A DNA stretch of 64,000 bases from Patescibacteria group bacterium (lineage in GTDB: Bacteria > Patescibacteriota > Patescibacteriia > UBA9934). Positions 9,551 to 19,487 of the stretch are shown piece by piece (the stretch's first letter is position 1; each line of letters begins with the position of its first letter). Made by a program: the position numbers and the translations under genes. The stretch spans positions 288,992 to 352,991 of the forward strand of contig JBAQTB010000001.1 of the NCBI GenBank assembly GCA_049296775.1, in the 5' to 3' direction. A model generated the notes under the pieces. The model did no database searches. It worked only from the letters and a program-made list of their open reading frames with translations, and was not told the origin of the DNA.

Positions 9551-10501
9551 ATGTTATCTAAGGACGATCTTCAATTGCGCGCAAAACTTTGGAACGATGT
9601 ACAAGCATCGATTCATGGTTTTTTTGCGTCGCGTGGGTATCTGAATGTGCAGACTCCGCTCATTGTTCGTTCGCCAGGGATGGAGCCGAATCTTGATCCG
9701 GTTGGTGTTGATTTGCGTGTGCTGGGCGGAGCGCTCCCACCCCTTAGCAAGGGGGGGAATGAAGGGGGGGTCGTTACCTTGCGCGGAGGACTTATCACGA
9801 GTCCTGAGTATTCAATGAAGAAATTATTAGCTGGGGGACTGGAAAAGATTTATACGTTGACCCCGGTCTTTAGGAATGTCGAGAAAATGGGGGAGCGTTG
9901 GAGTGTGGAGTTTACAATGTTGGAGTGGTATCAGCAGGGGCAGAATTACGAGGCGTGTATGGTTGAGACTGAGGAGCTGGTGAATGCTCTTTTAGGGGCA
10001 ACTCCGCCTTGGCCGCGCATTAGTTATGTGAAAGAGTTTGAGAAGGCTTTTGGTTATCACCCCGCCGATGCTACTCCGGAACAAGCTAGCAAGGTCGCTG
10101 ATCTGTTTCAGTTTGAAGTCATGCCTAAGCTTGAGGCCGAGCACGCACGCTTTTTCTTGACGGAGTATCCCGTGGCCGAGGCCGCCCTCGCTCAAAAGAA
10201 CCCCGACGGTCGCTCAGCTCAGCGCTTTGAGGCTTATGTTAATGGTCTCGAGATCTGTAATGGTTTTACGGAGTTAGTTGATCCGGTTGAGCAACGGGCC
10301 AGATTTGAGCTGGAAGCGGCTGAGCGTTTAGCGGCTGGTAAGGAGGTCTTTCCAATTGACGAAGACCTCTTGTCTGGGCTAGGATCTATCACATCGCCGA
10401 GTTTTGGCAATGCCTTGGGGGTTGATCGTTTGATCATGCTTAAGGCAGGCGTTAAGACAATTGACGCCATTCACTTATTTCCACCTTCACTCAGGTTTTA
10501 G
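9551..10501 (+). CDS. epmA: EF-P (R)-beta-lysine ligase EpmA (PoxA/GenX; a LysRS class II catalytic-domain paralog)
   Basis: SPEYSMKKLL, FRNVE, FTMLEWY, FEAYVNGLEICNGFTEL and GVDRLIML all match the truncated lysyl-tRNA synthetase paralog. The gene sits directly upstream of efp. Confidence 0.75.
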   Translation: MLSKDDLQLRAKLWNDVQASIHGFFASRGYLNVQTPLIVRSPGMEPNLDPVGVDLRVLGGALPPLSKGGNEGGVVTLRGGLITSPEYSMKKLLAGGLEKIYTLTPVFRNVEKMGERWSVEFTMLEWYQQGQNYEACMVETEELVNALLGATPPWPRISYVKEFEKAFGYHPADATPEQASKVADLFQFEVMPKLEAEHARFFLTEYPVAEAALAQKNPDGRSAQRFEAYVNGLEICNGFTELVDPVEQRARFELEAAERLAAGKEVFPIDEDLLSGLGSITSPSFGNALGVDRLIMLKAGVKTIDAIHLFPPSLRF

Positions 10502-10557
10502 TTATTTTACCCTTACATCTAATCTCTAATAACTAAATTCTAAATTCTTCTGTTAAT

Positions 10558-11124
10558 ATGGCCTCTCCAAATGACATCAGAAAAGGGACAGTTATCAATC
10601 TTGATGGCGAATTGTGGGCGGTAGCTAGCTTCCAACGTGTATCACCGGGCAAGGGCAGCTCATTTGTGCGTACCAGAATTAAGTCTTTGTCTAGCGGTAA
10701 GGTGGTAGAGCATAACTTCAAGTCAGCAGAAAATCTGACCTATGAAGATGTGGGCTACAAGAAGATGCAATTTATCTTTGCAGATGACAACACTTTGACC
10801 TTCATGGACGGCAACACTTACGAACAGGTCATGATCGGACGTGACATGGTGGGAGATGACGCTAAGTATTTGAAGGAAGGTTTGGAAGTCACAGTAGTCA
10901 TGCATAACGATAACGCCATTGCCATGGAGTTGCCACTCAAAGTGCAATATACCGTGAAGCAAACTGATCCAGCCGTGGCTGGCAACACTGCCTCTGGCAA
11001 CGTCCTCAAAGATGCTTTGACAGATAACGACCTAGCCATTAGGGTACCAATTTTCATTAAAGAGGGTGATGATGTAATGATTAGCACAGAAACTGGCGAT
11101 TACGCCGAGCGCGTTGCTAAGTAA
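10558..11124 (+). CDS. efp: Elongation factor P
   Basis: IRKGTVINLDGELWAVASFQRVSPGKGSSFVRTRIKSL contains the conserved KGxxF loop region; length about 188 aa. Confidence 0.9.
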   Translation: MASPNDIRKGTVINLDGELWAVASFQRVSPGKGSSFVRTRIKSLSSGKVVEHNFKSAENLTYEDVGYKKMQFIFADDNTLTFMDGNTYEQVMIGRDMVGDDAKYLKEGLEVTVVMHNDNAIAMELPLKVQYTVKQTDPAVAGNTASGNVLKDALTDNDLAIRVPIFIKEGDDVMISTETGDYAERVAK

Positions 11125-11127
11125 ATA

Positions 11128-11158
11128 AAAATCCGCCATTATCGGCGGATTTTTATTT
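11128..11158 (+). terminator. Terminator after efp
   Basis: aaaaatccgcc atta tcggcggattttt. Confidence 0.6.
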
Positions 11159-11177
11159 CTGATACAATGGTTTTGTT

Positions 11178-13526
11178 ATGGCTAAAAAGGTGAAACGTAA
11201 ATCCTCGGCAACAGACTATTCTGAGCCACTGTTATCTAGCGAGGTCAAACACAGCGCTTTAGCCATTTTGATGATGGCTTTGGGAGCCATTATGTTGTTG
11301 GCGGTGTTTGGTTTAGCTGGTGGCGTTGGTGACTGGGCCGATGATCACATGGCACGCTTTTTGGGTATTTCACGAGTAGTTGTGCCGGTGCTCTTGATGT
11401 TAATGGGGGCTAGTGTGGTCATGAAAGAGTCGAGTTTAGTGAGTGTCCGAGGTTTATTGTCATTACTTGGGTTTATTTTAGGCTTTAACGGAATCGCGAA
11501 TTTACTCTTTGCAGCCGATTCGGCAGATAAGGTGGCGGTGGCTAAGGCTGGAGGTGTGGTTGGTCTTTTGACTTCCGATCTGTTAGTGGGCGCCATGGGT
11601 TTTTGGGTGGCTTTAATTATTGCGATCACCGTGTTTTTAGTGTCTGTCATGGTACTTTTCAATGCGTCCGCTCAGTCTGTGTTGGGTGCGCCGTTGCGTT
11701 TCTTGAAGGCTAGGGAAAGCGAGGACGTTGATGGCGAGGAAGTGGATGAGGATGAAGAACCAGCTGAAGAAGATCTTGAGGAAACTGATGAGGAAGTTGA
11801 GGAAGAGGCTGAGGAAGAAATGCCAGCGCCAGCGGCCGGCAAGTTAGGTAAGATCGCTGCAGCTTTTAGAGCTAAGAATGACGAAGAACAGGTCATGACC
11901 ACCAGAGAGCAGCGTAAAAGTACAATTTCGCTTGATCTTTTAGATAACAAACGATCAGATGGTAAGGCGGGCGACATTGAGCGTAACCAAGAGATCATTT
12001 CTAAAACGCTAGAGCAGTTTGGCATTCATGTCGAGATGAGTGAGGTCAGAGTGGGGCCAACCGTGGCTCAATACGCTTTCCGTCCAGCACAGGGTGTGAA
12101 GTTGGCTAGAGTGGTGGCTTTGCAGAATGATTTAGCTTTGGCGTTAGCTGCGCACCCCATTAGAATTGAGGCGCCAATCCCAGGCAAAGCGTTGGTTGGC
12201 GTTGAGGTTCCCAACCAAACTTGTGCCAGAGTTGGTTTGCGGGAGGGCATGGAGTCAAAAGAGTACATGGCGCGTAAATCAAATTTTGCGGTGCCGCTTG
12301 GTAAAGATATTTCTGGTGGAACGCCGCTCTTATACGTGGAGAAGGCTCCACATATGTTAGTGGCTGGTGCGACCGGTTCGGGTAAGTCCGTATGTTTAAA
12401 CGGGATTATTATTTCGTTGTTGTACCAGAACGGTCCAGATGAGCTGAAGTTCATCATGGTTGATCCTAAGCGGGTTGAGCTTGGCGTCTACGCAGGTATC
12501 CCACACTTATTAGTGCCCCCAATCGTTAAGGCGGATGAGGCCGTGAATGCACTTAAGTGGGCGGTTAGGGAAATGGAACGCCGACTTGATTACCTGTCTA
12601 AGTTTGGGGCGCGGGATATCGATTCATATAACGCTAAGAGCAAGGAGAAGCTGCCAAGAATCGTGATTGTCATTGATGAGTTAGCAGATTTGATGATTCA
12701 GAATAAGCGTGAAGTCGAGGCGGTGATTGTGCGGATCGCCCAAATGGCACGTGCGGCCGGTATTCATTTGATTTTGGCGACACAGCGTCCGTCAGTGGAT
12801 GTGATTACCGGTACCATTAAGGCAAATATTCCAACACGTCTAGCGTTTGCGGTGGCGTCACAGGTGGACTCTAAAACGATTTTGGATACAGCCGGTGCGG
12901 ATAAATTGTTAGGTCGGGGTGACATGTTGATGTCGACACCAGAGATGAGTAAACCACGGCGTGTACAGGGTGCCTTTGTATCAGATGTAGAGATCGAAAA
13001 AGTTGTAAATTTCCTTAAAAAAGAAAGTGCTCCGGATTATAATTACCAAATTACGGAAGGCGGTAATGGGGGATCTGGTGGCTCAGCGTACAATTCTGCA
13101 GATAAGGATGAATTACTGGAAGACGCAATTAAGATTGCGATTGATGCTGGCCGGGTTTCCACCTCATTCTTGCAGCGTAAGATGAAGATTGGTTATTCAC
13201 GGGCTGCCAGAATTGTAGATGAGATGCAGGAAATGGGTGTCGTTGGTGCCGCAGATGGCTCCAAGCCAAGAGAAGTGCTGATTTCTGAGTGGCCACCGGC
13301 TGGATTGAACGTTGGTCCGGATGAAGATTTTGATGAAAATGGTGCTGGCGATGACAACGACGAATCCGAGGCGCCGGAGGAGTTAGATGAAGACGTCATG
13401 GACGAGATCATGGAAGATGCTGAGCCGAATGAGGAGTTAGTTGATGACGCGGACGAGGAGGATGAAAGTCTCGATGAAGAGGATGACGATGAGGAAGAAG
13501 TTGATGAATCCGAAGATAAAAAATAA
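11178..13526 (+). CDS. ftsK: DNA translocase FtsK/SpoIIIE
   Basis: N-terminal TM helices; Walker A VAGATGSGKSV; the ILATQRPSVDVITG motor; a C-terminal gamma (winged-helix) domain LQRKMKIGYSRAARIVDEMQ. Two long poly-acidic segments (the linker and the C-terminal tail DEEDESLDEEDDDEEE). Confidence 0.9.
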   Translation: MAKKVKRKSSATDYSEPLLSSEVKHSALAILMMALGAIMLLAVFGLAGGVGDWADDHMARFLGISRVVVPVLLMLMGASVVMKESSLVSVRGLLSLLGFILGFNGIANLLFAADSADKVAVAKAGGVVGLLTSDLLVGAMGFWVALIIAITVFLVSVMVLFNASAQSVLGAPLRFLKARESEDVDGEEVDEDEEPAEEDLEETDEEVEEEAEEEMPAPAAGKLGKIAAAFRAKNDEEQVMTTREQRKSTISLDLLDNKRSDGKAGDIERNQEIISKTLEQFGIHVEMSEVRVGPTVAQYAFRPAQGVKLARVVALQNDLALALAAHPIRIEAPIPGKALVGVEVPNQTCARVGLREGMESKEYMARKSNFAVPLGKDISGGTPLLYVEKAPHMLVAGATGSGKSVCLNGIIISLLYQNGPDELKFIMVDPKRVELGVYAGIPHLLVPPIVKADEAVNALKWAVREMERRLDYLSKFGARDIDSYNAKSKEKLPRIVIVIDELADLMIQNKREVEAVIVRIAQMARAAGIHLILATQRPSVDVITGTIKANIPTRLAFAVASQVDSKTILDTAGADKLLGRGDMLMSTPEMSKPRRVQGAFVSDVEIEKVVNFLKKESAPDYNYQITEGGNGGSGGSAYNSADKDELLEDAIKIAIDAGRVSTSFLQRKMKIGYSRAARIVDEMQEMGVVGAADGSKPREVLISEWPPAGLNVGPDEDFDENGAGDDNDESEAPEELDEDVMDEIMEDAEPNEELVDDADEEDESLDEEDDDEEEVDESEDKK

Positions 13527-13528
13527 CC

Positions 13529-13792
13529 ATGGAGAATTTTCAAAAAGAGTGGAAATCTTTTAAGCTCGATTTAATGCAATCGATGCATGACGCCTTTCGA
13601 GATAATAATGAGCTCATTTTTCAGGAGATTCGAGCGACTAAAACTGAGTTGCGTCGGGAGTTGATACAGGGTCTTAGGACAACCAAGATTGATCTCATCA
13701 GTGAGATCACTGATTTTATTGGTGATCGACTTCTGCCACAGCTTGACGATCATGAGCGGCGTTTGGTTAAGCTTGAAGCTAAAATCATTTAA
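13529..13792 (+). CDS. Small helical protein, paralog family member 1 of 4
   Basis: 87 aa. It ends ...LLPQLDDHERRLVKLEAKI, which matches ...ILPQMDNHEDRLVVLETKI of the 36670 copy. AFRDNNELIFQEI matches KFRVNNEQLIQMM. It starts 3 nt after the ftsK stop and is followed by a terminator. Confidence 0.55.
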   Translation: MENFQKEWKSFKLDLMQSMHDAFRDNNELIFQEIRATKTELRRELIQGLRTTKIDLISEITDFIGDRLLPQLDDHERRLVKLEAKII

Positions 13793-13797
13793 CTACA

Positions 13798-13826
13798 TGA
13801 AATCCGGCCAGGTGGTCGGATTTTAG
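13798..13826 (+). terminator. Terminator after paralog 1
   Basis: aaatccg gccaggtggtc cggattt, then tt. Confidence 0.5.
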
Positions 13827-13868
13827 TTTGCAAAACAGACAGCTTGGAGTAAAATTACTCTGATCTTT

Positions 13869-14591
13869 ATGGTGTTTGTTAAACGTAAGTTGGATTCTGT
13901 TCCAGAAACACTGGGGGAGAAATTGCGAGCGCTGAGGCGTACTCAAGCGGTGAGTTTGCCAATGTTGGAGCAGATGACCAGAATTCAAAAACGTTATTTA
14001 GAAGCTTTGGAGCATGCTAGGTATGACGAATTGCCTGAGCCGCTGTATACACGTAATTTTTTAAAGGCTTACGCTAGGGCGCTTGGGGCTGATGAGGATT
14101 ATTTTTTAGAGTTGTATGAGGAAGAGGTGGGCCGGACAGATCTGCTGGGCCCGCATCGGCTGCCGCGGATGAGGGTTAGAAAGGGCAGATTTTTTGTACT
14201 CTCGAGAGTTACAACTGGGATTTCTGTGGCTTTGCCAGCGCTAGCAATTGTGATTTATTTATTGGCACAAACTTCTGCGTTATTGAAATCGCCGGAGATT
14301 ATTGTCGAGAGTCCCGTTGATCAATCTGCGGTTAGAACAGCAATTTTGTCAGTTGAGGGTTATGTGACGACAAACGATGTTACCGTGACGGTGAATGACG
14401 AGACGGTCATTGTGGGGGAGGATTTGCGATTTACAACAGAGGTCGATTTATCTAGGGGACTGAATATCATTACCGTAGCGGCTAAACGTAGATATTCACG
14501 TTCGAACGTGATTTATAGGCGAGTAATTTTTGATTCTAACCTCTCAAGTTTTTTACAGGGGATAACTTTCGTGAGCTTTCAAAAAAAGTAA
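13869..14591 (+). CDS. RodZ-like HTH (XRE-type) membrane protein
   Basis: The N-terminus LGEKLRALRRTQAVSLPMLEQMTRIQKRYLEALEHARYDELPEPLYTRNFLKAYARALG resembles the RodZ/HTH_25 N-terminus. It is followed by a single TM segment LPALAIVIYLL. Confidence 0.5.
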   Translation: MVFVKRKLDSVPETLGEKLRALRRTQAVSLPMLEQMTRIQKRYLEALEHARYDELPEPLYTRNFLKAYARALGADEDYFLELYEEEVGRTDLLGPHRLPRMRVRKGRFFVLSRVTTGISVALPALAIVIYLLAQTSALLKSPEIIVESPVDQSAVRTAILSVEGYVTTNDVTVTVNDETVIVGEDLRFTTEVDLSRGLNIITVAAKRRYSRSNVIYRRVIFDSNLSSFLQGITFVSFQKK

Positions 14592-14687
14592 GGTAGACTT
14601 CGTTCGTATTCTGTTCGTATGTCATTTGCTCCTTTTTAAACTTAAATGATTACGAATTAACCTTTAATTAAGTTTTAGTTTGCGTGT

Positions 14688-15752
14688 ATGGCAAAAGCAG
14701 GAGTAAATCCAAGATTAGCAGCGGCCGCAGAAGCGATGAATCAGATCAAGGAACGTTTTGGTGAGGGGAGTATTATGCGTTTTGGTGAGGCTAAGTCTAC
14801 CAACGTAGACGCCGTGCCGACCGGTTGTTTGTCATTAGATCTGGCGCTCGGAGCTTTGGGTGTGCCAAGAGGTCGGGTGATTGAAATTTACGGACCTGAA
14901 TCCTCAGGTAAGACCACCTTGGCTCAGCACATCATTGCAGAATGCCAGAAGGCGGGTGGAATTGCGGCTTTCGTGGATGCTGAGCATGCCCTAGATCCTG
15001 ATTACGCTAGAAAAATCGGAGTGAATGTTGATGAGTTGTTCATTTCTCAACCAGACACGGGTGAACAGGCATTGGAAATTGTAGAAACCTTGGTACGTTC
15101 CAATGCGATTGATGTAATCGTGGTGGACTCGGTGGCAGCTTTGACACCTAAGGCGGAAATTGAGGGCGAGATGGGGGATAGCCACATGGGTCTGCAGGCG
15201 CGTTTAATGAGCCAGGCTTTGCGTAAACTCACTGGGACACTATCTAAGACGGGTACGGTGCTGGTTTTCATTAACCAGATCCGTATGAAGATTGGCGTGA
15301 TGTTCGGTAATCCAGAAACCACTCCGGGTGGTAACGCGCTTAAGTTTTATGCTTCGGTGCGTATGGAGATCCGTAGAGCAGCTCAAATTAAGCAGGGGGA
15401 CAAAGTCATTGGTAACCGGGTCAAGGTTAAGATTGTAAAAAATAAGGTCGCGCCGCCTTTCCGAACAGCAGAATTCGATATTATGTACAATGAAGGAATT
15501 TCTGTGGCTGGCGATATGTTGGACCTTGGGGTGACGGTCGGGTCTTTGGATAAGCGTGGTAATAGCTATGTTTTTGGAGAGGAAAAGCTTGGAGTTGGTC
15601 GTGAGGTAGCCAAATTGTACTTGCGTGAACATCCTGAAACCATGGAAAAACTACGCGGTAAAACTCGAGAAGCAGCTTTGAAGGCTGAGGGTTTGCTCCC
15701 AGTAGCTTCTGAGCTGGATGAGGCAGAATCACCGGTGGCAGAGGTTGTTTAG
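14688..15752 (+). CDS. recA: Recombinase RecA
   Basis: [18 protein letters not shown] Walker A; FVDAEHALD; [28 protein letters not shown]. Canonical throughout. Confidence 0.95.
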   Translation: MAKAGVNPRLAAAAEAMNQIKERFGEGSIMRFGEAKSTNVDAVPTGCLSLDLALGALGVPRGRVIEIYGPESSGKTTLAQHIIAECQKAGGIAAFVDAEHALDPDYARKIGVNVDELFISQPDTGEQALEIVETLVRSNAIDVIVVDSVAALTPKAEIEGEMGDSHMGLQARLMSQALRKLTGTLSKTGTVLVFINQIRMKIGVMFGNPETTPGGNALKFYASVRMEIRRAAQIKQGDKVIGNRVKVKIVKNKVAPPFRTAEFDIMYNEGISVAGDMLDLGVTVGSLDKRGNSYVFGEEKLGVGREVAKLYLREHPETMEKLRGKTREAALKAEGLLPVASELDEAESPVAEVV

Positions 15753-16024
15753 CGCCATTGGCTTAGAGCAGGTGCGGTGTTATACTGGAGACGAGCTCGT
15801 TTCCAGTATTTGCGGGACAAGACGCGATATTTTCTGACTAGTTATAAAACGCAGTCGGGGTTTAGTCCCTGGCAATCTCTCTCCTCGTGTTTTGGCGCTC
15901 GCTTCAGATTTCTTTCTCTTCGTAGTTCTTGTCCTGCATGTTCTGGCTGTGAGCTGAGTGTTGATGAAGTTTTAGAGTGGCTAAAATTAGCCAAATTTAT
16001 ACCCACTCTTACGGTTGACGTTTA

Positions 16025-16053
16025 CTTAGTCCTTTGATATACTTCCGGACACT
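16025..16053 (+). promoter_or_regulatory. Candidate promoter for rpoBC, followed by an untranslated leader of about 180 nt
   Basis: TTGACG, a 17-nt spacer, then TATACT. No rplKAJL genes lie upstream. The 480-bp gap between recA and rpoB has no convincing ORF. Confidence 0.35.
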
Positions 16054-16233
16054 TGCGCCACCTTACTTGGGGTAGGGGGTCGCGATGTAAAAAAATCTTT
16101 ACTCGTTTAGGCATGTTTGTGAGCCGCCTGAACGCTGCCGCAGTTGGTTTAAATACCACTGTCGTGGCGCCGGAACAAAACGAGCGATAGGAATCAGGAC
16201 ACCAGCCTTTTGGTATGGTGCCTTTTGCGTTTT

Positions 16234-19200
16234 ATGTCAAAAACCATCATTACACAGATTGGAAATAGAAAGGCATTCGCTGCTCTTAACACAGCTGCGG
16301 ATTTGCCAGACCTGATCGAGATCCAGAAGTCATCGTATGACTGGTTCTTAGAGGAAGGTATTCGTGAACTTTTTGATGAAATTTCTCCCATCAAGGACTT
16401 CATTGGTAGGGATCTTGAGCTGACGCTTGAGAATTACTACCTAGATGAGCCGAAATTTGATGAATCTACCAGTCGCGCTAAGAACGTGACTTTTGAAGCT
16501 CCTTTACGTGTTAAGGCTAAGCTTAGGAATTTGCGTAATGAGGACAGTAAGGAGCAGGAGATCTATTTAGGCGATTTGCCGGTCATGACACCGCGCGGCA
16601 CGTTTATTATCAACGGCGTTGAGCGCGTGGTTGTGTCGCAGCTGGTCCGTTCTGCTGGTGCCTTTTTTACAGCCGAAGTTTTGCGTGGTCGTCGTTATTA
16701 CGGTGCTAAGATTATTCCAAATCGGGGTGCCTGGTTAGAGTTTGAAACTGATGCCAAGAACGTAATTTGGGTTAAGATTGATCGTAAGCGTAAGGTGGCT
16801 GTGACCGCTTTGATGCGTGCTTTTGGCTACACCACTAATGAAGAAATCAGCTCTTTGTTTACGGATGTCGATGTTCACCCAGCTATTAAGTACATTGAAG
16901 CAACTTTGCAGAAAGATGTTTCTACCAATGAAGAAGAAGGTTTGCGCGAAGTTTATAAGCGTATCAGACCGGGTGACTTGGCTACGGCTGACAACGCTCG
17001 TCAGTTGATCCACGCCATGTTCTTCAAGTTTGATCGTTATGACTTGGGAGCGGTGGGTCGGTATAAGTTTAATTTGCGTTTTGGAGTTGAAAACCCAGAT
17101 GACAACGTTACTGTTGAAGAACGTCGCATTTTGACTAAGGAAGATTTGGTCGCCATTGTGCGCGAGATCATCCGCCTCAACATTACGCAGGACGAACCGG
17201 ATGATGTTGACCACTTGGGAAATCGCCGTGTGCGTTCAGTGGGCGAGTTGTTGCAGTCACGTTTCAGAATTGGTTTGGCCCGCATGGAGCGGATTGTGAA
17301 GGACAGAATGTCCACTCAGGACATTGATTCTTTGACGCCAGGCAAGTTGATTAACGCCCGTCCAGTTATTGGTGCCGTGCGTGAGTTCTTCATGTCTTCT
17401 CAGCTGTCACAGTTCATGGACCAGACCAACCCGTTGGCTGAATTGGAGCACAAGCGCCGTTTGTCAGCCATGGGTCCTGGAGGTTTGTCACGTGAACGAG
17501 CTGGTTTTGAAGTTCGTGACGTGCACACCACGCACTACGGACGTATTTGTCCAATTGCAACTCCTGAAGGTCCGAACATTGGTTTGGTGGGTCACTTGGC
17601 TAGCTATGCCCGCGTGAACCCTTACGGTTTTATTGAAACTCCTTACAGAAAGGTGGTTAAAGTTGGTGACAGAGCTCAGGTTAGTGAAGAAATGGTGTAC
17701 TTGAATGCTTTCACAGAAGAGAAGGCGGTCACTTGTCCGGCTACCATTATTATTGATGCCAAGGGCTTTTTGGTGGATGAATACGTAGAAGGTCGTGAGC
17801 ACGGTGAGCCACGTTTGGTGCGCTCACGAGACGTTGAGTACATGGACGTGTCTACCACTCAGATTGTGTCAGTAGGTACGGCTTTGATTCCTTTCCTTGA
17901 GCACGACGACGCTACCCGTGCTCTGATGGGTACGAATATGCAACGTCAGGCTGTGCCAACAGTTAAGCCACAGGCGCCACTTATTGGTACGGGCATGGAG
18001 CGCCGCGCCGCGCTTGATTCTGGTCACGTTTTAGTGGCAGAAGAAGACGGTAATGTTACTGAAGCTGATGGCGTTAAGATCACCGTGGATTACAAGAAGA
18101 AGGGCATGGTGACTTACAAGTTGAACAAGTATTTACGGTCTAACAACTCAACAGCGATCACTCAGCGCCCTACCATTGTGGCGGGCATTAAGGTCAAGAA
18201 GGGTGACGTTTTGGCTGATGGTCCGTCTGTTCAGAATGGTGAATTGGCACTCGGTCAGAACATGCTCGTAGCCTTTATGAGCTGGGGTGGTTACAACTAC
18301 GAAGACGCTGTGATCATGTCAGAACGCGTGGTTCAGGATGACCGTTTCACCACCATTCACTTGGAGCACCTCACCTTAGATGTGCGCGATACCAAGCTTG
18401 GTCCTGAGGTGGTAACATCTGACATTCCAAACGTGTCTGAAGAAAAATTGAAGAATTTGGATGCTGAAGGTGTTATTCGCGTGGGTGCAGAGGTTAAGAG
18501 TGGTGACATTTTGGTAGGTAAGATTACCCCTAAGGGTGAGACCGAGCTGTCTGCTGAAGAAAAATTGTTGCGTGCCATTTTCGGTGAAAAAGCACGTGAG
18601 GTGCGTGACTCTTCCTTGTATTTAGAGCATGGTCGTAAGGGTAAGGTGGTAGATATCAAAGTCTTCTCTAGAGAAGAGGGGGACAATTTGCCTCCAGGAG
18701 TGATCAAATCTATTCAGGTTACCATTGCCGACCTCCGTAAGTTGCAGGCCGGTGACAAGGTAGCTGGAAGACACGGTAACAAGGGTGTGGTGTCGATTGT
18801 AGTGCCGGTTGAAGACATGCCATTCACTGAAGATGGTAGACCAGTTGACGTGATTTTGACTCCGCTTGGTGTGGTGTCACGTATGAACTTGGGTCAGATT
18901 CTTGAAGTTCACTTGGGTCTTGCGGCCGATAAGCTAGGTTTCAATGTGGCTACACCAGTTTTTGCTGGAGCTCCAGACGTAGCTATCAGAGAGCAGTTAG
19001 TGGCCGCTGGTTACCCAGAGAGTGGTCAGTTGCGCTTGATTGACGGTCGTACCGGTGAAGCTTTTGATCATGCGGTGACCGTGGGTATCATGTACATGCT
19101 CAAGTTGAACCACATGGTTGAGGATAAGATGCACCAGCGCTCTATTGGTCCATACTCGCTCATTACTCAGCAGCCACTTGGTGGTAAGGCTCAGTTTGGA

Positions 19201-19476
19201 GGTCAGCGTTTTGGAGAAATGGAAGTTTGGGCGTTGGAGGCCTACGGCGCAGCGCACACCTTGCAAGAGATTCTGACGATTAAGTCAGATGACGTACCGG
19301 GCCGTGCCAAAGCTTACGAGGCGATCATTAAGGGGGAGATCATTACTAAGGTGAATATTCCAGAGTCCTTTAACGTGTTGATTCGTGAGTTAAAGGGTCT
19401 TGGTCTTGATGTTGAACTATTGAAAAATACCAAGAAAGTCGAGTTTGGAGATGACAAGCCTAACCGACGCGCCTAA
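16234..19476 (+). CDS. rpoB: DNA-directed RNA polymerase subunit beta
   Basis: Canonical beta motifs throughout (RxxPGDL..., [17 protein letters not shown]). The ATG at 16234 is preferred over the ORF-track start at 16210. Confidence 0.95.
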   Translation: MSKTIITQIGNRKAFAALNTAADLPDLIEIQKSSYDWFLEEGIRELFDEISPIKDFIGRDLELTLENYYLDEPKFDESTSRAKNVTFEAPLRVKAKLRNLRNEDSKEQEIYLGDLPVMTPRGTFIINGVERVVVSQLVRSAGAFFTAEVLRGRRYYGAKIIPNRGAWLEFETDAKNVIWVKIDRKRKVAVTALMRAFGYTTNEEISSLFTDVDVHPAIKYIEATLQKDVSTNEEEGLREVYKRIRPGDLATADNARQLIHAMFFKFDRYDLGAVGRYKFNLRFGVENPDDNVTVEERRILTKEDLVAIVREIIRLNITQDEPDDVDHLGNRRVRSVGELLQSRFRIGLARMERIVKDRMSTQDIDSLTPGKLINARPVIGAVREFFMSSQLSQFMDQTNPLAELEHKRRLSAMGPGGLSRERAGFEVRDVHTTHYGRICPIATPEGPNIGLVGHLASYARVNPYGFIETPYRKVVKVGDRAQVSEEMVYLNAFTEEKAVTCPATIIIDAKGFLVDEYVEGREHGEPRLVRSRDVEYMDVSTTQIVSVGTALIPFLEHDDATRALMGTNMQRQAVPTVKPQAPLIGTGMERRAALDSGHVLVAEEDGNVTEADGVKITVDYKKKGMVTYKLNKYLRSNNSTAITQRPTIVAGIKVKKGDVLADGPSVQNGELALGQNMLVAFMSWGGYNYEDAVIMSERVVQDDRFTTIHLEHLTLDVRDTKLGPEVVTSDIPNVSEEKLKNLDAEGVIRVGAEVKSGDILVGKITPKGETELSAEEKLLRAIFGEKAREVRDSSLYLEHGRKGKVVDIKVFSREEGDNLPPGVIKSIQVTIADLRKLQAGDKVAGRHGNKGVVSIVVPVEDMPFTEDGRPVDVILTPLGVVSRMNLGQILEVHLGLAADKLGFNVATPVFAGAPDVAIREQLVAAGYPESGQLRLIDGRTGEAFDHAVTVGIMYMLKLNHMVEDKMHQRSIGPYSLITQQPLGGKAQFGGQRFGEMEVWALEAYGAAHTLQEILTIKSDDVPGRAKAYEAIIKGEIITKVNIPESFNVLIRELKGLGLDVELLKNTKKVEFGDDKPNRRA

Positions 19477-19487
19477 CCTCAAGCCTT

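Noticed and set aside
11672-12457. Minus-strand ORFs of 117 and 129 aa inside ftsK
   Set aside because: Antisense to ftsK. The Ser-rich translation mirrors the acidic linker-coding GA-rich DNA.
15777-16037. 86-aa ORF in the recA-rpoB gap
   Set aside because: It lies in the rpoB promoter and leader region. It has no RBS, and its composition is low-complexity Ser/Cys/Arg. Treated as non-coding.
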